Assembly (NCBI GenBank): GCA_002811645.1
Contig: PDIP01000078.1
Coordinates: 2,823 to 66,822, forward strand
Source of the DNA: Corallochytrium limacisporum Hawaii
Lineage: Eukaryota; Protista; Pluriformea
Direction: 5' to 3'
Length of the DNA stretch: 64,000 bases
Shown: in pieces, positions 1 through 11,418 of the stretch
Layout: every line of letters starts with the position of its first letter
How positions within the stretch are numbered: the stretch's first letter is position 1
Made by a program: the position numbers and the translations under genes
The notes under the pieces: model-generated
What the model was told of the DNA's origin: nothing
Database searches by the model: none
What the model saw: only the letters and a program-made list of their open reading frames with translations

Positions 1-600
1 CGACCACGGCTCTTTGGAACTGGTCTCTCTTGGAGTTTGTCCTTGGGTACCATCCGAGTTTGGGGAGCCTGGCAGCACACTGTTTGTGTTCATAGAACTA
101 GTGTGGGAGCTCTTTTCCCCCAACATTATTTTCACGTGCTCGATGTAAGACCGTTTGGCAGTTTCTTGATCCATGTCGCCCAATTCCACCCAGGCCTCTT
201 TCATCTTGCGGTCGCGCCCCTTGAGTTTGCTCAAGTCCATATCGCGGGGAGCGGGTCCGTCGGTGGCTTGCTTATAGTATGCATATGCTTTCAAAAGTTT
301 GCTCACTCCTCCTTTCTTGGCTGCAATCTTGGCAATCTTGGTGCCAGATGTAGCAGCCTTTCCCTTCTGCATGTATTCGTTGAACTCTGCATCTAGGCTT
401 ACCTCTGACAAAGCAATACTATTGCTGCTCTGAATTGATGAAGATTCACTGATCTTGGTAACACTGGTTACTGAAAGATCAAGACTATTGGCTTCATTTC
501 TCTTGCTGATAGGCTCCACTGGGGCTGGATGCCCAATGGATCTGTTGATCTTGAGCAGAGACCTTACCTTCTGCATGGCTTTGACTTTTGGTGCCGACAT
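1..600 (-). CDS. Acyl-CoA-binding (ACB/ACBP) domain protein, 5' part only (runs off the window start)
   Basis: Not in the ORF track because it has no stop inside the window. Manual translation from ATG 600 (context gcaagATG) is open to base 1: MSAPKVKAMQKV...LLKAYAYYKQATDGPAP...RDRKMKEAWVELGDMDQETAKRSYIEHVK, matching the ACBP pattern YxxYKQATxG...KxxAW...MxxEEAxxxYI. Confidence 0.85.
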   Translation of the reverse strand, partial: MSAPKVKAMQKVRSLLKINRSIGHPAPVEPISKRNEANSLDLSVTSVTKISESSSIQSSNSIALSEVSLDAEFNEYMQKGKAATSGTKIAKIAAKKGGVSKLLKAYAYYKQATDGPAPRDMDLSKLKGRDRKMKEAWVELGDMDQETAKRSYIEHVKIMLGEKSSHTSSMNTNSVLPGSPNSDGTQGQTPRETSSKEPWS

Positions 601-1123
601 CTTGCAAATATCTTGGTCTGTGTTGTTAATCTAATGTTAAGTTTTGACAGACAAGATAAATTTTCCCAGTTATCAGATTGTGTTGGCATCAAATACCTTT
701 GTGGAAAGGGTATAAATTCCGACACTAACGAGTACACACGGATCGGATTCTGCGTGACCCTTTCCCCCCCCCTCCTCCCCCGCCACCGATCCTTAAAGCT
801 CTGTACAATACGGACGAGTCCTCGTCCCAGTTCAGCAGTCCTTCTCCCTCAGACCTCAAGGTAATTCCTTAGTGAGTTTCCTTCCTTTTGTGTACTGAAG
901 CTGGGCATAGGTGTCGCCCCTGCGGTGGGTGGTGGCGTGTCCGATCTCCGAGGAACGTAGGTTCAAATATGGGTCCTGCCGTACTCCCTCAAACAACGTG
1001 CCCCGATCTATTCGTACGGAAGATGGTACATATTCACCTGAGGTTTTCCTTGGCCTGCTTCCTTGGATAACACTTTTATGTTTCCAAGAAGGTCTCGATT
1101 TCGGCAATATTGTGGTACATGGG

Positions 1124-1706
1124 TATGGCCACCGTAGTACAGATCCCCTGTCACTCACTATAGAAAATTCTTTGTGCCTCCGCGTTGTGGTGGTGAGGAG
1201 GGATATTGAGGTACCACGGCACTGGCGCGTGCAATTATCGTAAATGAAAGATGGCACCCCCCTTTTCGCAGTGTGGGGCAAAACACACAAGCCGGGCAAT
1301 AGGTTTTCCAGGCATGAAGAGCCCACCATCTTCGCCGAGAAGTTATGTCGTTAAATTCTGCAGCGCAATCTCATTTTCCACAGTGGTTTGGGGTGCAGTC
1401 ATGGAATATTGTAAATTATGTAGGAAAATAACAAACGAAGTTGGGCGTATTGGACCCTCCTGGGTACACAGGGCAGGTGGTACCACCATATCCCTCCTCA
1501 CCACCACAACGCGGAGGCACAAAGAATTTTCTATAGTGAGTGACAGGGGATCNNNNNNNNNNNNNNNNNNNNNNNNNNNNNNNNNNNNNNNNNNNNNNGG
1601 TACACAGGGCAGGTGGTACCACCATATCCCTCCTCACCACCACAACGCGGAGGCACAAAGAATTTTCTATAGTGAGTGACAGGGGATCTGTACTACGGTG
1701 GCCATA
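1124..1706. mobile_element. MITE-like element: 94-bp inverted repeats (1124-1217 / 1613-1706) bounded by TA, non-coding interior
   Basis: Left arm TAtggccaccgtagtacagatcccctgtcactcactatag...ggtaccac is the reverse complement of 1613-1706 with 2 mismatches near the inner end. TA at both outer ends fits a Tc1/mariner-type target duplication. 1463-1552 is repeated at 1599-1688 across an N gap, so the true length is probably about 450 bp. Confidence 0.55.
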
Positions 1707-2527
1707 GTGAAAAGGGGGCGGGGGAGGGGAATTTGCCCACGAGCCGGGTAATGTGCGCATAGGGGACAGCGCGCATAAAACAGGCCCCTAGAAAAGATTT
1801 TCCGGGTTGGAAAAAAAAAAAAAAGGTTGGACAAGCACGCAAAAGGAATTCGTGCAGTGTCATCCTGATTCTTGATATGTGCGCATTGGTAACCATTGCG
1901 AAATCGATTAAAGAAGGGAGGGCAGGAGACGGAAGAAGGGGGGGGCCCCCCAGAAAGGGCGGAGGGATCATTTACTGTGGGTGTGGCTGCCACAGGAGAA
2001 ATTCGATCAATTTCAGTAGTGAGAATACTGAAGGAGAAGAAAAACCTGGTCCTGTTTCCTTGTATGGGCGCAGGATGAAGCTGGCTACCGGGTCTGTACC
2101 ATCTACTAGGAAGTTTGGCCCCAAGACTGGATCGTGTAGCTGAGCAACACCGATGGAACTCGGTTCCATGTGCCCAACGCCCCTAAGGATGGTCAAATGC
2201 TGGGGCTGTCCAAACGTGTTGGCCGTCCGGTGTGATCAATACATGTTTCGCAGTTCTGTAGGATCACAGTGTAAGTCTGCACCTGGGCAACACTATGCAA
2301 GTTGTAAATCTAACTGAGCAATATCCTAAACACTGCGCTAGGGTCCCTACAGTCATAATGTACGTGATAGTTGGGTTGTATTTATGGTGATCAAGAAGGA
2401 TTAAGAAGATTTGAGTGATGAAGAATGTCAATTTGGCGGTGAAATACTAGTAAAACGAACAAATTCTAGAATGGCTTGCAGCCGAGACGAATAGTAGATT
2501 GTCCACGACATTCACAACAACACATAG

Positions 2528-5500
2528 ATGAGCTATCATTCACCAAAGACGAGAACGCTGTTTGCGTTCAAGAAGTTAAAGGTGTACTCGGGGGATCGTC
2601 AGATTTTGCACAGTGTTTCAGGTCATGTTGCTGAAGGAGAACTTATGGCAATTATGGGCCCCAGTGGGGCCGGCAAGAGTACATTACTAAGTACTTTCGT
2701 TGGCGCGGTAGACACGAATCTGGATTATTCCGGTACTATCGAGGCCATTTCGGGCAGAGGCAAGCACGTTGTGTTGGACTACGCGACACGATCAGATCGA
2801 CTCTTGGGAGCACGGACACTGCGGGATTGCGTTGGATTCGTACCCCAGGATGATATCCTTGTTGGGTCCCTGACCGTGGAAGAAACAATCCAATTTAGAG
2901 AGCGGCTGTATAAGGTTGAACCATCGCAGGACGATGTGAGAGACTTGATTAGTTCGGTAGGTCTTGCCCATGCTAAAGACACCGTAATTGGAACTGTGCT
3001 ACGGAAAGGTATTAGTGGTGGTGAAAAGCGACGTGTCAGCGTTGCTGCAGAGATGGCAAGCTCTGCCAAAACGTTGGTTTTGGACGAACCAACTTCTGGT
3101 CTTGATGCTGCCACCTCATATAATTTGCTTTTGGAGCTCAGGAGCCTAGCACAACAAAAAGGTCTGGCGGTCATAGTGACCATCCATCAGCCATCCTATG
3201 ATTTGTTCAGACTCTTTGACAAACTTCTGCTGCTTACCAACGGACATACAGCGTTCTGCGGGCCCCTTGGAGATTGTGCAGAGTGGATGTACAGCACTCT
3301 CGCCATCTCAGCACCTAAGGGAATTACTCTGCCTGAGTTTTATCTGGATCTTGTTGATCCCAGTTTCCGTTTGGACCAGAGAAATCTAGACCGTCATGAA
3401 GACTCTGACAGCGACCAAGTTGATGTGGGTACTTTTGATGCGCAGTATCCATCCCCAAATATCATCATTGACGCCTTCAACAGAAGTCTTTACAATCAGA
3501 TCAATGAAAATGCGTCGTTGTTGGCAGCAAATGATGATGATTCCAGCGATGATGATAATGATGATTCCAGCGAACTTGACAGCGCAAGCATCACGTCTCT
3601 TAGCACTGCTGCTGCTTCTTGTCAGTCTGTCTCATGGTCTCGACGATTCCAGGTGCTTCTGTGGCGTCACCGCTTGCAGGCTACCAGAGATGTGGTCAAA
3701 TTTGGACTAGTGGTTGGTTGTTACGTTGTCTTTCTCTTTGTTGTTGGTTTACTCTATCACAACGTTGATATCGCTGTGTCGCAAACATTTGCATACGATG
3801 CTTCTATTGCCTGGCCTGTCCTCCTCATATACGGCGCCATGCTTTTTCGCGCCCCAGAGATTCAAGAGCTGCGCATTCAAACCGACAGCGAGCGCCGCAA
3901 GGGTCTGTATGACCCAATGGCTTGGTTTCTACCATGGCTGGTTATTACCATGGTGTTGGTGATAACAATGGTGGCCGGTGGGCTGGCGATTACGTACTGG
4001 CTGTTGCCCGCGGAGAATACAGCCACTGGTTTCTTTGTGACACTCCTAGGCAATATCTTGGTTGGCATCTACAGTAGCGCCTTAGTGTTCCTTTGCAGTG
4101 GTCTGACACGGAATGCATCCTACGCACTAGTCTTTGCAGTAACCTTTCTGGTCTTTAGCGTATCCATCAACAGCTTCCTGCATTTGCCTGTTAATACTGC
4201 TGATTTCTGGCGACAGATAGATAGCCTAACAGTTCTGGGGCAGGTAATGCCAATGATTCGTCTGGCTCTGTTTGAAGGCCAGCAATTCCTGTGTGACACC
4301 CAGGTATTGCCTGATCCTACGGCGCCGCAAGGACAGCCGCAGTTTCTCTGTCTAAGTGAGTTTGGGGGCAATATCTTTAATGCCTCCATTGGGGAAGACG
4401 GTCAAGTATACGTAGCCAGTGGAGAAATACTGCGCGTTCTCTATCTGGAAGACCCCAGTGAAAATGAAATCGGCCTCCAAACTCTTTATGTTCTGCTCAT
4501 GTCGATGGGGCTATTGTTTGGCGGACTCATGTTGAATGACCTTTTCTGTCGAAATCAACTGCTACGGTTGGTGCCGACATTCCACGGTTGCTACCCGCAG
4601 CGATGGAAATGGTCGCAGACAGTACAAGTAAGCTATGGGGAACAATCAGCGACAGGAAACACGGAACAGGCAGTTACTGTGACCGAGAACAGTGATGATG
4701 ATCTCGACATCCACATGAGCCATAAAGCGACAGACCCCGAGGAGCTGTCACTGAACCTACCGGTCCGCATGAAACCATGCTCTTGCGACGTCCCATCTGA
4801 CAAGCAGGAAGTGAGCGAACCTCTATTAGTCGTTGAAGTGCCGAGTGACATCGATAGTTGCTCTTATGAGGTCCCACGGCGTCAGCATGTTAAGGTGTCC
4901 ACCCTCGACTTTCCTCTTCAAAACCACTTCCGTTTCGAAGGCATCTCTGTTAGCGTGACCGAAAAGGGTTCAAAATCTGCTGTAGACGGTAAGAGGACCT
5001 ACGAGAAGAAAATTCTCCACGGAGTCAGCGGCGAAGTCTTTGCTGGTGAGGTCATGGCTATCCTTGGAGCGTCTGGGGCCGGCAAATCCACTCTTTTCAA
5101 CGTTTTGAGCGGCCGGAAGAACGGTGCTAGCTATCAAAACATCGAGGGCCATATCACGCTCAATGGTCTGCCCGTGTCACCCAATGACCTTGTGTACGTG
5201 GAGCAGTTTAACCTGTTTTACGACATTCTTACTATTTCGGAAACATTGGAGCAAACATTTGCCCTGAATCACCTGAAAGCAAGTCCACACCTGCAGGGCT
5301 TTGCTAGTGTTACAGATCTGCTGATGGACCTGAAACTCCTGCACGCTCGCGATCTGCAGGTTGGCCGCGGTGCAAGTGGAGGGCAACGTAAGCGGGTGGC
5401 GGTCGGCAAGTTTCTGAACCCTGGTCGGAAGCCCGTCCTATTCCTTGATGAGCCAACCACTGGCCTCGACTCCTCAACGGCTTACCGTCTCACTCATTTC

Positions 5501-6676
5501 ATCCAACAGCTCGCCAAGGAATATGGCCTCTGTGTGATCATGACCGTCCACCAACCTGGTTCCCGTGTGATGGGAAACTTCGACCGCGTGGCGTTCCTCC
5601 GGAAAGGCGAGATGGAATTCTGTGGTCAACTTGAGGATCTACCGACGTGGATGAGGCAAAACAGGTTGCAACCGTCAGGGCATCAGAGCAATGAGGACTA
5701 CATTCTTTCAGTGTTGGAGAAGCCGGACCGTCAAATGGTACGTCAAGTGCACTTGATAGATCAATCATTTTCTGCCCAAAACAATCCTTCTGTACTGAGT
5801 ACTCCCACAGCAGCTGACGGCAACCGTTTTCTGCCTCCGAGCGCACCAGCGGTTTACATCTTGTTGAAACGGCAGTTTCTATCGGATTTCCGCGACCCAG
5901 CAGTCTTCAGTGCACGCTTCGTCTTCTTTGTGTCGACCGCTATTCTGATCGGTCTGGTTGACCTTGGGAACGGCAGTGAAGAAGGTGCTCAAGGCATTAG
6001 TTCGTTCGTATCCGTCAGCGCCATTTGGATGTTTTTGCTTGCCTTCTCTAATATTCTTAGTGTCCCGGTACAATGTAAGTTGCGCCGTATCGTGAGCAGC
6101 GAGATCCTCAATAATCTCTACACGACCCTGGAGCTCTGGCTCGCCCGACTGGTGTCCTCCGTAGTGCAAAACATCGTGCTGGCAGCTGTTTTCACCCTGA
6201 TTGCTGTGCCTATGGTTGGGTATCAGTGGGGCACGTATCCGCAAATTTTCCTTTTGTCCTTGCTACACTTATCTGTCACTGCGGCCTTCGTAGACGCCTT
6301 CAGTGCCATTATTCCCTGGGATATCGTTGTAATGTTGGTGGGCATTTTGTACGCCGGTTTGCTCGGCAGTGTCACCCCTTGGTGCCTTCCCACGGATATT
6401 CTGCCTGGCTGGTTGGTTTGGATTCAGTATGCATTGCCCAGCAAATATTTCGTCGAAGGATTCCTTCAGGTGGCCAGTTCAGGACGTACTTTCGCGATAT
6501 CCATGCCGGGTGGGGGTGTCATTGTCGTCCCTGACACCTTTGTCCAGGAAGACATCTTCGATGCCAATTCCCTGACAGTATGGGAGAATATGCTTGTATT
6601 ACTGGCCATGTTTGTGGTCGGGCAGATCATTGTCCTAGTGGCCGACACCGTGAAGGTCCGCAATCTGAGATTGTAA
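2528..6676 (+). CDS. Full-size ABCG-family transporter (NBD-TMD-NBD-TMD)
   Basis: 1382 aa. Walker A GPSGAGKST and GASGAGKST; signatures ISGGEKRR and ASGGQRKR; LDEPTSGLD and LDEPTTGLD; H-loops IHQP and VHQP; two multi-TM blocks. Confidence 0.95.
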   Translation: MSYHSPKTRTLFAFKKLKVYSGDRQILHSVSGHVAEGELMAIMGPSGAGKSTLLSTFVGAVDTNLDYSGTIEAISGRGKHVVLDYATRSDRLLGARTLRDCVGFVPQDDILVGSLTVEETIQFRERLYKVEPSQDDVRDLISSVGLAHAKDTVIGTVLRKGISGGEKRRVSVAAEMASSAKTLVLDEPTSGLDAATSYNLLLELRSLAQQKGLAVIVTIHQPSYDLFRLFDKLLLLTNGHTAFCGPLGDCAEWMYSTLAISAPKGITLPEFYLDLVDPSFRLDQRNLDRHEDSDSDQVDVGTFDAQYPSPNIIIDAFNRSLYNQINENASLLAANDDDSSDDDNDDSSELDSASITSLSTAAASCQSVSWSRRFQVLLWRHRLQATRDVVKFGLVVGCYVVFLFVVGLLYHNVDIAVSQTFAYDASIAWPVLLIYGAMLFRAPEIQELRIQTDSERRKGLYDPMAWFLPWLVITMVLVITMVAGGLAITYWLLPAENTATGFFVTLLGNILVGIYSSALVFLCSGLTRNASYALVFAVTFLVFSVSINSFLHLPVNTADFWRQIDSLTVLGQVMPMIRLALFEGQQFLCDTQVLPDPTAPQGQPQFLCLSEFGGNIFNASIGEDGQVYVASGEILRVLYLEDPSENEIGLQTLYVLLMSMGLLFGGLMLNDLFCRNQLLRLVPTFHGCYPQRWKWSQTVQVSYGEQSATGNTEQAVTVTENSDDDLDIHMSHKATDPEELSLNLPVRMKPCSCDVPSDKQEVSEPLLVVEVPSDIDSCSYEVPRRQHVKVSTLDFPLQNHFRFEGISVSVTEKGSKSAVDGKRTYEKKILHGVSGEVFAGEVMAILGASGAGKSTLFNVLSGRKNGASYQNIEGHITLNGLPVSPNDLVYVEQFNLFYDILTISETLEQTFALNHLKASPHLQGFASVTDLLMDLKLLHARDLQVGRGASGGQRKRVAVGKFLNPGRKPVLFLDEPTTGLDSSTAYRLTHFIQQLAKEYGLCVIMTVHQPGSRVMGNFDRVAFLRKGEMEFCGQLEDLPTWMRQNRLQPSGHQSNEDYILSVLEKPDRQMVRQVHLIDQSFSAQNNPSVLSTPTAADGNRFLPPSAPAVYILLKRQFLSDFRDPAVFSARFVFFVSTAILIGLVDLGNGSEEGAQGISSFVSVSAIWMFLLAFSNILSVPVQCKLRRIVSSEILNNLYTTLELWLARLVSSVVQNIVLAAVFTLIAVPMVGYQWGTYPQIFLLSLLHLSVTAAFVDAFSAIIPWDIVVMLVGILYAGLLGSVTPWCLPTDILPGWLVWIQYALPSKYFVEGFLQVASSGRTFAISMPGGGVIVVPDTFVQEDIFDANSLTVWENMLVLLAMFVVGQIIVLVADTVKVRNLRL

Positions 6677-6919
6677 CAGGATAGGTCCGGTTTAGAACAC
6701 AATAAAATACAGGGCCATGCTACCCACTACTGTCTTAGTCAGAAGGATGAATCTCCGTATGCCAAGTCCAACGCTAACGAACAGTTTCGTCACAAAGGAA
6801 GTTTTCTATGGGAGACAATAGATGCGATCGGGCCTACGGATGTTTGATAATATTTTGCTTGTATTGAAGAACTGCTAATTATGAACCCCCCTCACATTGT
6901 GTGCTGACATGGACAGCGC

Positions 6920-7921
6920 TCAATGGCCTTTGCTTTTGAGTTGAGCGTCAGTCCAAGTCCACAGACTCGCGGCAAGGTCCGGATCCCTACTTTGTTGCGA
7001 ACGGGGTTGTCCGACCACAGTGTCTGCGTAGTATCCGCCACCTACCAACTCATCGGAGGGTGCGAGGCCGCAGTAGAGCTGAGTACGGGCTCCATTGTCT
7101 GAGGATTTGAGCATGCTTATTAGCATATCGCGACCCGGAAAAGTAGGATAGTTCCGGAAGAAATCTGTAGACACTCCGCCAGGATGGGCACTGTAGAAGT
7201 GCACACCGCTCGCCCCGTATCGCTTCTCGCCCTCTATCGCGTGTAGAACATTGGCCAACTTAGCATTCCCGTATTGGGCCATCGGGTCCCACGAGCGGCG
7301 TTCATACTGCATGTCGTCCCACTGCCAGTCGGCGATCAAGTGTCCGGCAGATGAAGTGTTGATCACTCTGGATGGTTGGGAGGCTTGTAGGGTAGGAATA
7401 AGTTTCTTTGTTAGTGTGTGGGTTCCGATTTGGCACACTCCAAAAATGGTCTCGAATCCATCCTTTGTGAACGTTCTATCCATAAGACAAAGACCAGCAT
7501 TGTTGAAGAGAACATGCAAGGGCCGCTTAGACCGCTTATAGCGCTCAACAAACTCTGCGATGCTGCTCAGATCTGCAAGGTCCAGTTGCTCAAATGTGAC
7601 GGAGCCTTTCTGATCCACTGTCTTCAATGATTTCTTGATCTGTGCCACTGCTTTTTCACCCCTATTTTTGTTTCTGCACGCAAGGATCACATCCCAGCCA
7701 TGGCAAGCAAGGTAAAGTGCAGTTGAGTACCCAAGACCGGTATTTGCTCCAGTTACGACGGCGGTTGGAGGCCCATTGGCAGGCTTCCAGAAGGTGTCAT
7801 TCGTCTCAAGGGTGGTTAGATTATCACCATAGATTAGCTGGCCTGCCCTCAGGCACCATTCCCTGACAGCACCGTACGCCAAACCAGTGTATCCATACTC
7901 ATAGAAGCACTCACCGCTCAT
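6920..7921 (-). CDS. Short-chain dehydrogenase/reductase, retinol dehydrogenase/WWOX-like
   Basis: VTGANTGLG Rossmann motif, NNAG, catalytic YGNAK (YxxxK), HPGGVST. Confidence 0.93.
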   Translation of the reverse strand: MSGECFYEYGYTGLAYGAVREWCLRAGQLIYGDNLTTLETNDTFWKPANGPPTAVVTGANTGLGYSTALYLACHGWDVILACRNKNRGEKAVAQIKKSLKTVDQKGSVTFEQLDLADLSSIAEFVERYKRSKRPLHVLFNNAGLCLMDRTFTKDGFETIFGVCQIGTHTLTKKLIPTLQASQPSRVINTSSAGHLIADWQWDDMQYERRSWDPMAQYGNAKLANVLHAIEGEKRYGASGVHFYSAHPGGVSTDFFRNYPTFPGRDMLISMLKSSDNGARTQLYCGLAPSDELVGGGYYADTVVGQPRSQQSRDPDLAASLWTWTDAQLKSKGH

Positions 7922-9838
7922 TGTTTCTCGGCTGTTTATTCTCTTAAGTTCCTAGTCGTGCGGGTCAAACCCAATTAAGTCAAGTGCCGCTTCTGTACCT
8001 TGCTAACGGAAATTATGACTCTTACCTAAGTCCGCAACGCGATTGCGAGCATCAGTGGGATGCTCTGACAATTGCACCGGGAAATAAACGGGTGCGAAAC
8101 TATCGCCAACGACAAACTGACGGAGGATTCCGCAGGGCGCACTTACGAGAGAAGGGCGTCCACCGCAAGGCCAGCAGGACAGCAGCGGTCGGCGTACCGG
8201 TGATGGGGACAGGAAGAAAGATCTTTGCATATTCGAACCCAGGCCATCTCCTCACTGTCCTTCCTCGGTGTGCCCCCGGGGGGGCTATTGAAATGTGCGC
8301 TGTGAACCCGGAGGCCGATGGCAGCGGGGGATCCCGTTGGGTGTAAAAATATGCGGACGGCAAGTACGAAACAAAAAGGAGCGAGCGACGGTGCCGGGAG
8401 GCGTCGTTTGTACCGCAGCGATGGCGGGAAGGCCCGGGGCGGGGTCCCTCGACGGCACAGAATGTATTGTCACTTTACTGAAGGTGATCAACTATGTTTT
8501 GTGCTCTACCACGGAGAGTGACTCATCGGGAGAAATATTCCGGCCCCTATGTGTACCGAAAAGGAAGGAAATTTCTAGGGCAATCCGCCCGAAAATGGAA
8601 AGGCGCAGAACACACTGGATCCAGATGTTGACTCGTCTTGTAGACGGACCATGGGGACACCCACGTGGATACTCTGCGACTACAAGATGCCCATCGATGC
8701 TGGAAAATCCGCAGGACAGTCTTTCGCACTCCCAACAATTCAATCGGTTAATGGGAGTCTAATTGGGGGTGTTTTCCGCGCTCGCCCACTCGTCCCTCTA
8801 CACTGTTCGTTATCTTCGTGTGGGGTGGGGTGGGAGGAGGAACGAAGCAACCTCGAGGGAAGGAGAGGGAAGGAGGGGGGGGGGCCAGGCGGCCGCAGCG
8901 GGACCTTGGCGCATGCAAAATACCGACACCCATAAATGTATTGATATGTGTGTGTGCCGGGCTGGCCCTAAGAAGTGGACGTCTGGATCCTGCGCACCAG
9001 CAAAGAACAACGTTGTGGGCCACGACCCAGCACAGGTGGTGTTATCTGTCACACAACGACATTTGTGACATCAATGGTACGTCATAAGAGGCAGGTCGGC
9101 GTGAGGACAATGCTTGTTCTGTGGCTCACTTACTGTAAATAGGCACATATAAAATTTCAAATTGTGTTCAAGTGTATGTGGCGTGCTTTAGCTCTTACCA
9201 CCTGATCGTGCGCTCCCCGATCGACCTCATGTATGGCAAAGACTTGCCCTAGGTGTCCCAACAAATGGCTCTCCAACAGTACAACTGGCTGGTGATGTAT
9301 GAATAATGTGTGGCGTCACGACACAGCAGCCAATGAAGTGCAAGAGAATGCCTTTGTGTGGATAGCTCATACGCACCGTTGTCCGGTCCCATCCATGTAG
9401 TTCACTCACGACAACCAAAGTGTCAATGTGTATGTTTGCCTCATGTCGGCACATGCAAGGGCAGTTTCGCCGTTTGTGCACAAAAGTTGGTGGCCACTTC
9501 CGATGCACTCCTCATGCGCCCCTTCCACGTGCCTGCCAAAAACTCTCAACTTCTAAACACCACCAACGAAGGAGTGTGATTCTACGAGGAGTAGGGATTC
9601 GCACAGTACGACATTCGTACCTTTTTTGTGTTTGTTTATTAGGTGAATTACATACACGGCCCGCCGGCGCCGGATACGTGCTCTGGATTCGACCATAGCA
9701 AATTTTCGATTACCGCTATGTACCATAGGGTACATTCCGTGGCAATCTTGTCCTCCGATACCAACTGCAATGATCCCCTGAACGCACGTAGCACCACTCG
9801 GCAGAAGAATGGATACCTCCGCGCTTAGTGTGTCCCCT

Positions 9839-9862
9839 GCCCCCCCCCCGGAGGGGGGGGGC
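9839..9862. promoter_or_regulatory. C-run/G-run palindromic core (G C10 GGA G9 C); one example of a recurrent intergenic motif
   Basis: Forms a 10-bp GC stem with a 4-nt loop; related cores recur in many promoter-containing spacers. Regulatory function is inferred only. Confidence 0.4.
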
Positions 9863-11418
9863 GCGGGCATCGAGGTGGTAATATGCACACTTTGCCCATG
9901 CGTGTGCCGCATTTCAATAGGTATACAGCAGTTTGGTGCTCTGGTCTTGCGCAGACGAGTACGGTTCTCGTTAGGTACCAGTGGGTTGACCCTATCCTTG
10001 TTACGATCTATCTCTGCTTCTTGTCCGCATTTCCTTTCTCACACATGTGACACCATTGGACGATAAAAAAAACTTAGGTGGGTTTCAGTGGAGTCCTATC
10101 TTTCGGGTTCATTCAGTACCGAGTTCCGGTCCACAGCGGCTTTTCTCACACGTCCGAGTGGCGTCTGTGTGTTTGGTTTGGGGTGGGTGGGGATTGCCGG
10201 TGGGTGCTGGAAGCCGTGGACCGCAGGGCAGATTCTTGTGGGTACTTCGCATCAACTCGCACTACTTAGCCACGGCTGAGAGAGAGAGCGGTCAGAAAAG
10301 CCATCCCTGCTCCTGGAAAAGTAAAAAGAAAAAAGAAAAAAGAAAAAGGAAAAAAACCCAAGCGGGGAAACGGGGGNNNNNNNNNNNNNNNNNNNNNNNN
10401 NNNNNNNNNNNNNNNNNNNNNNNNNNNNNNNNNNNNNNNNNNNNNNNNNNNNNNNNNNNNNNNNNNNNNNNNNNNNNNNNNNNNNNNNNNNNNNNNNNNN
10501 NNNNNNNNNNNNNNNNNNNNNNNNNNNNNNNNNNNNNNNNNNNNNNNNNNNNNNNNNNNNNNNNNNNNNNNNNNNNNNNNNNNNNNNNNNNNNNNNNNNN
10601 NNNNNNNNNNGGGGGGCGGGGACGGTGGTTGTATCCCGGGGCGAAAACCAAAGGAAAAAAAAAGGAAAGAATAAAGACACCATTGCAAAAAATGGGGAAG
10701 AAACGAAGAGGGGGCACCCCGGGGGGGGGGGAAGGGGGTTTCTAGCGTGTGTGTTTTAAACCAAGGTTTTTTCCTTGGGTCATTGACAGCAACTATCGTC
10801 TCTGCTTGAATACGCCGGGGCTGAAGGAACCCCCCCGGGGGGGGGATCAAACGAAACGGTCTGCAGGAGACTGGGGCGGAGGTAAAAACTCTGACACCAA
10901 AAAAAAAAAAAACTCATGACGAGCCCACTCAAGGCACAGGGACTAAACGCCTCCTCCCGCGGGTCGTTTATCGCGAAGTGGCCCCTTTTCTTATACGAAT
11001 CATTGGGCAGAGTTGGCGAAGAAATCGCGTTCCCGGACAAGTTCGTGGTATTGCGTTCAGGAAAACCGCTGGGGACAGTCTGGCGGGGAGGGGGGAAGGG
11101 TGCCAGGGTAAGGACACCTAAAACTGAGCACGATAAGGATGCCAACGTGACCGGCTTTCCGGAATCACCCGGTGCTGCTGGCTGCTCCGCATGTGTCTTT
11201 GATCAACATATTTTCTGACGCCATGTTTCCTAATATTCTATTGTCCAATTGTCTGGCTCGATCCACGTCAATAAGCAGTCTAACCTGTGAGCATACTGGT
11301 ACTCAAATTCTCGAAGCCATGACTTCCCGCGACAATAACTTGAATATCCCATGCACTCACACAGATTGATAGTCAGCTTAAGTTACATTTTTGTGAGTTA
11401 CACATATTATAAGCAACC

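Noticed and set aside
901-980. GGTTCAAAT B-box-like tRNA signal
   Set aside because: T-stem does not pair and no cloverleaf forms.
1152-1163. cactcactatag resembles the T7 promoter core
   Set aside because: Lacks TAATACG, sits inside the inverted repeat, and no vector sequence is nearby.
1463-1688. 90-bp direct repeat across an N gap (similar cases at 31090-31170 and 40253-40425)
   Set aside because: Identical sequence on both gap edges is typical of unmerged contig overlap rather than true tandem duplication.
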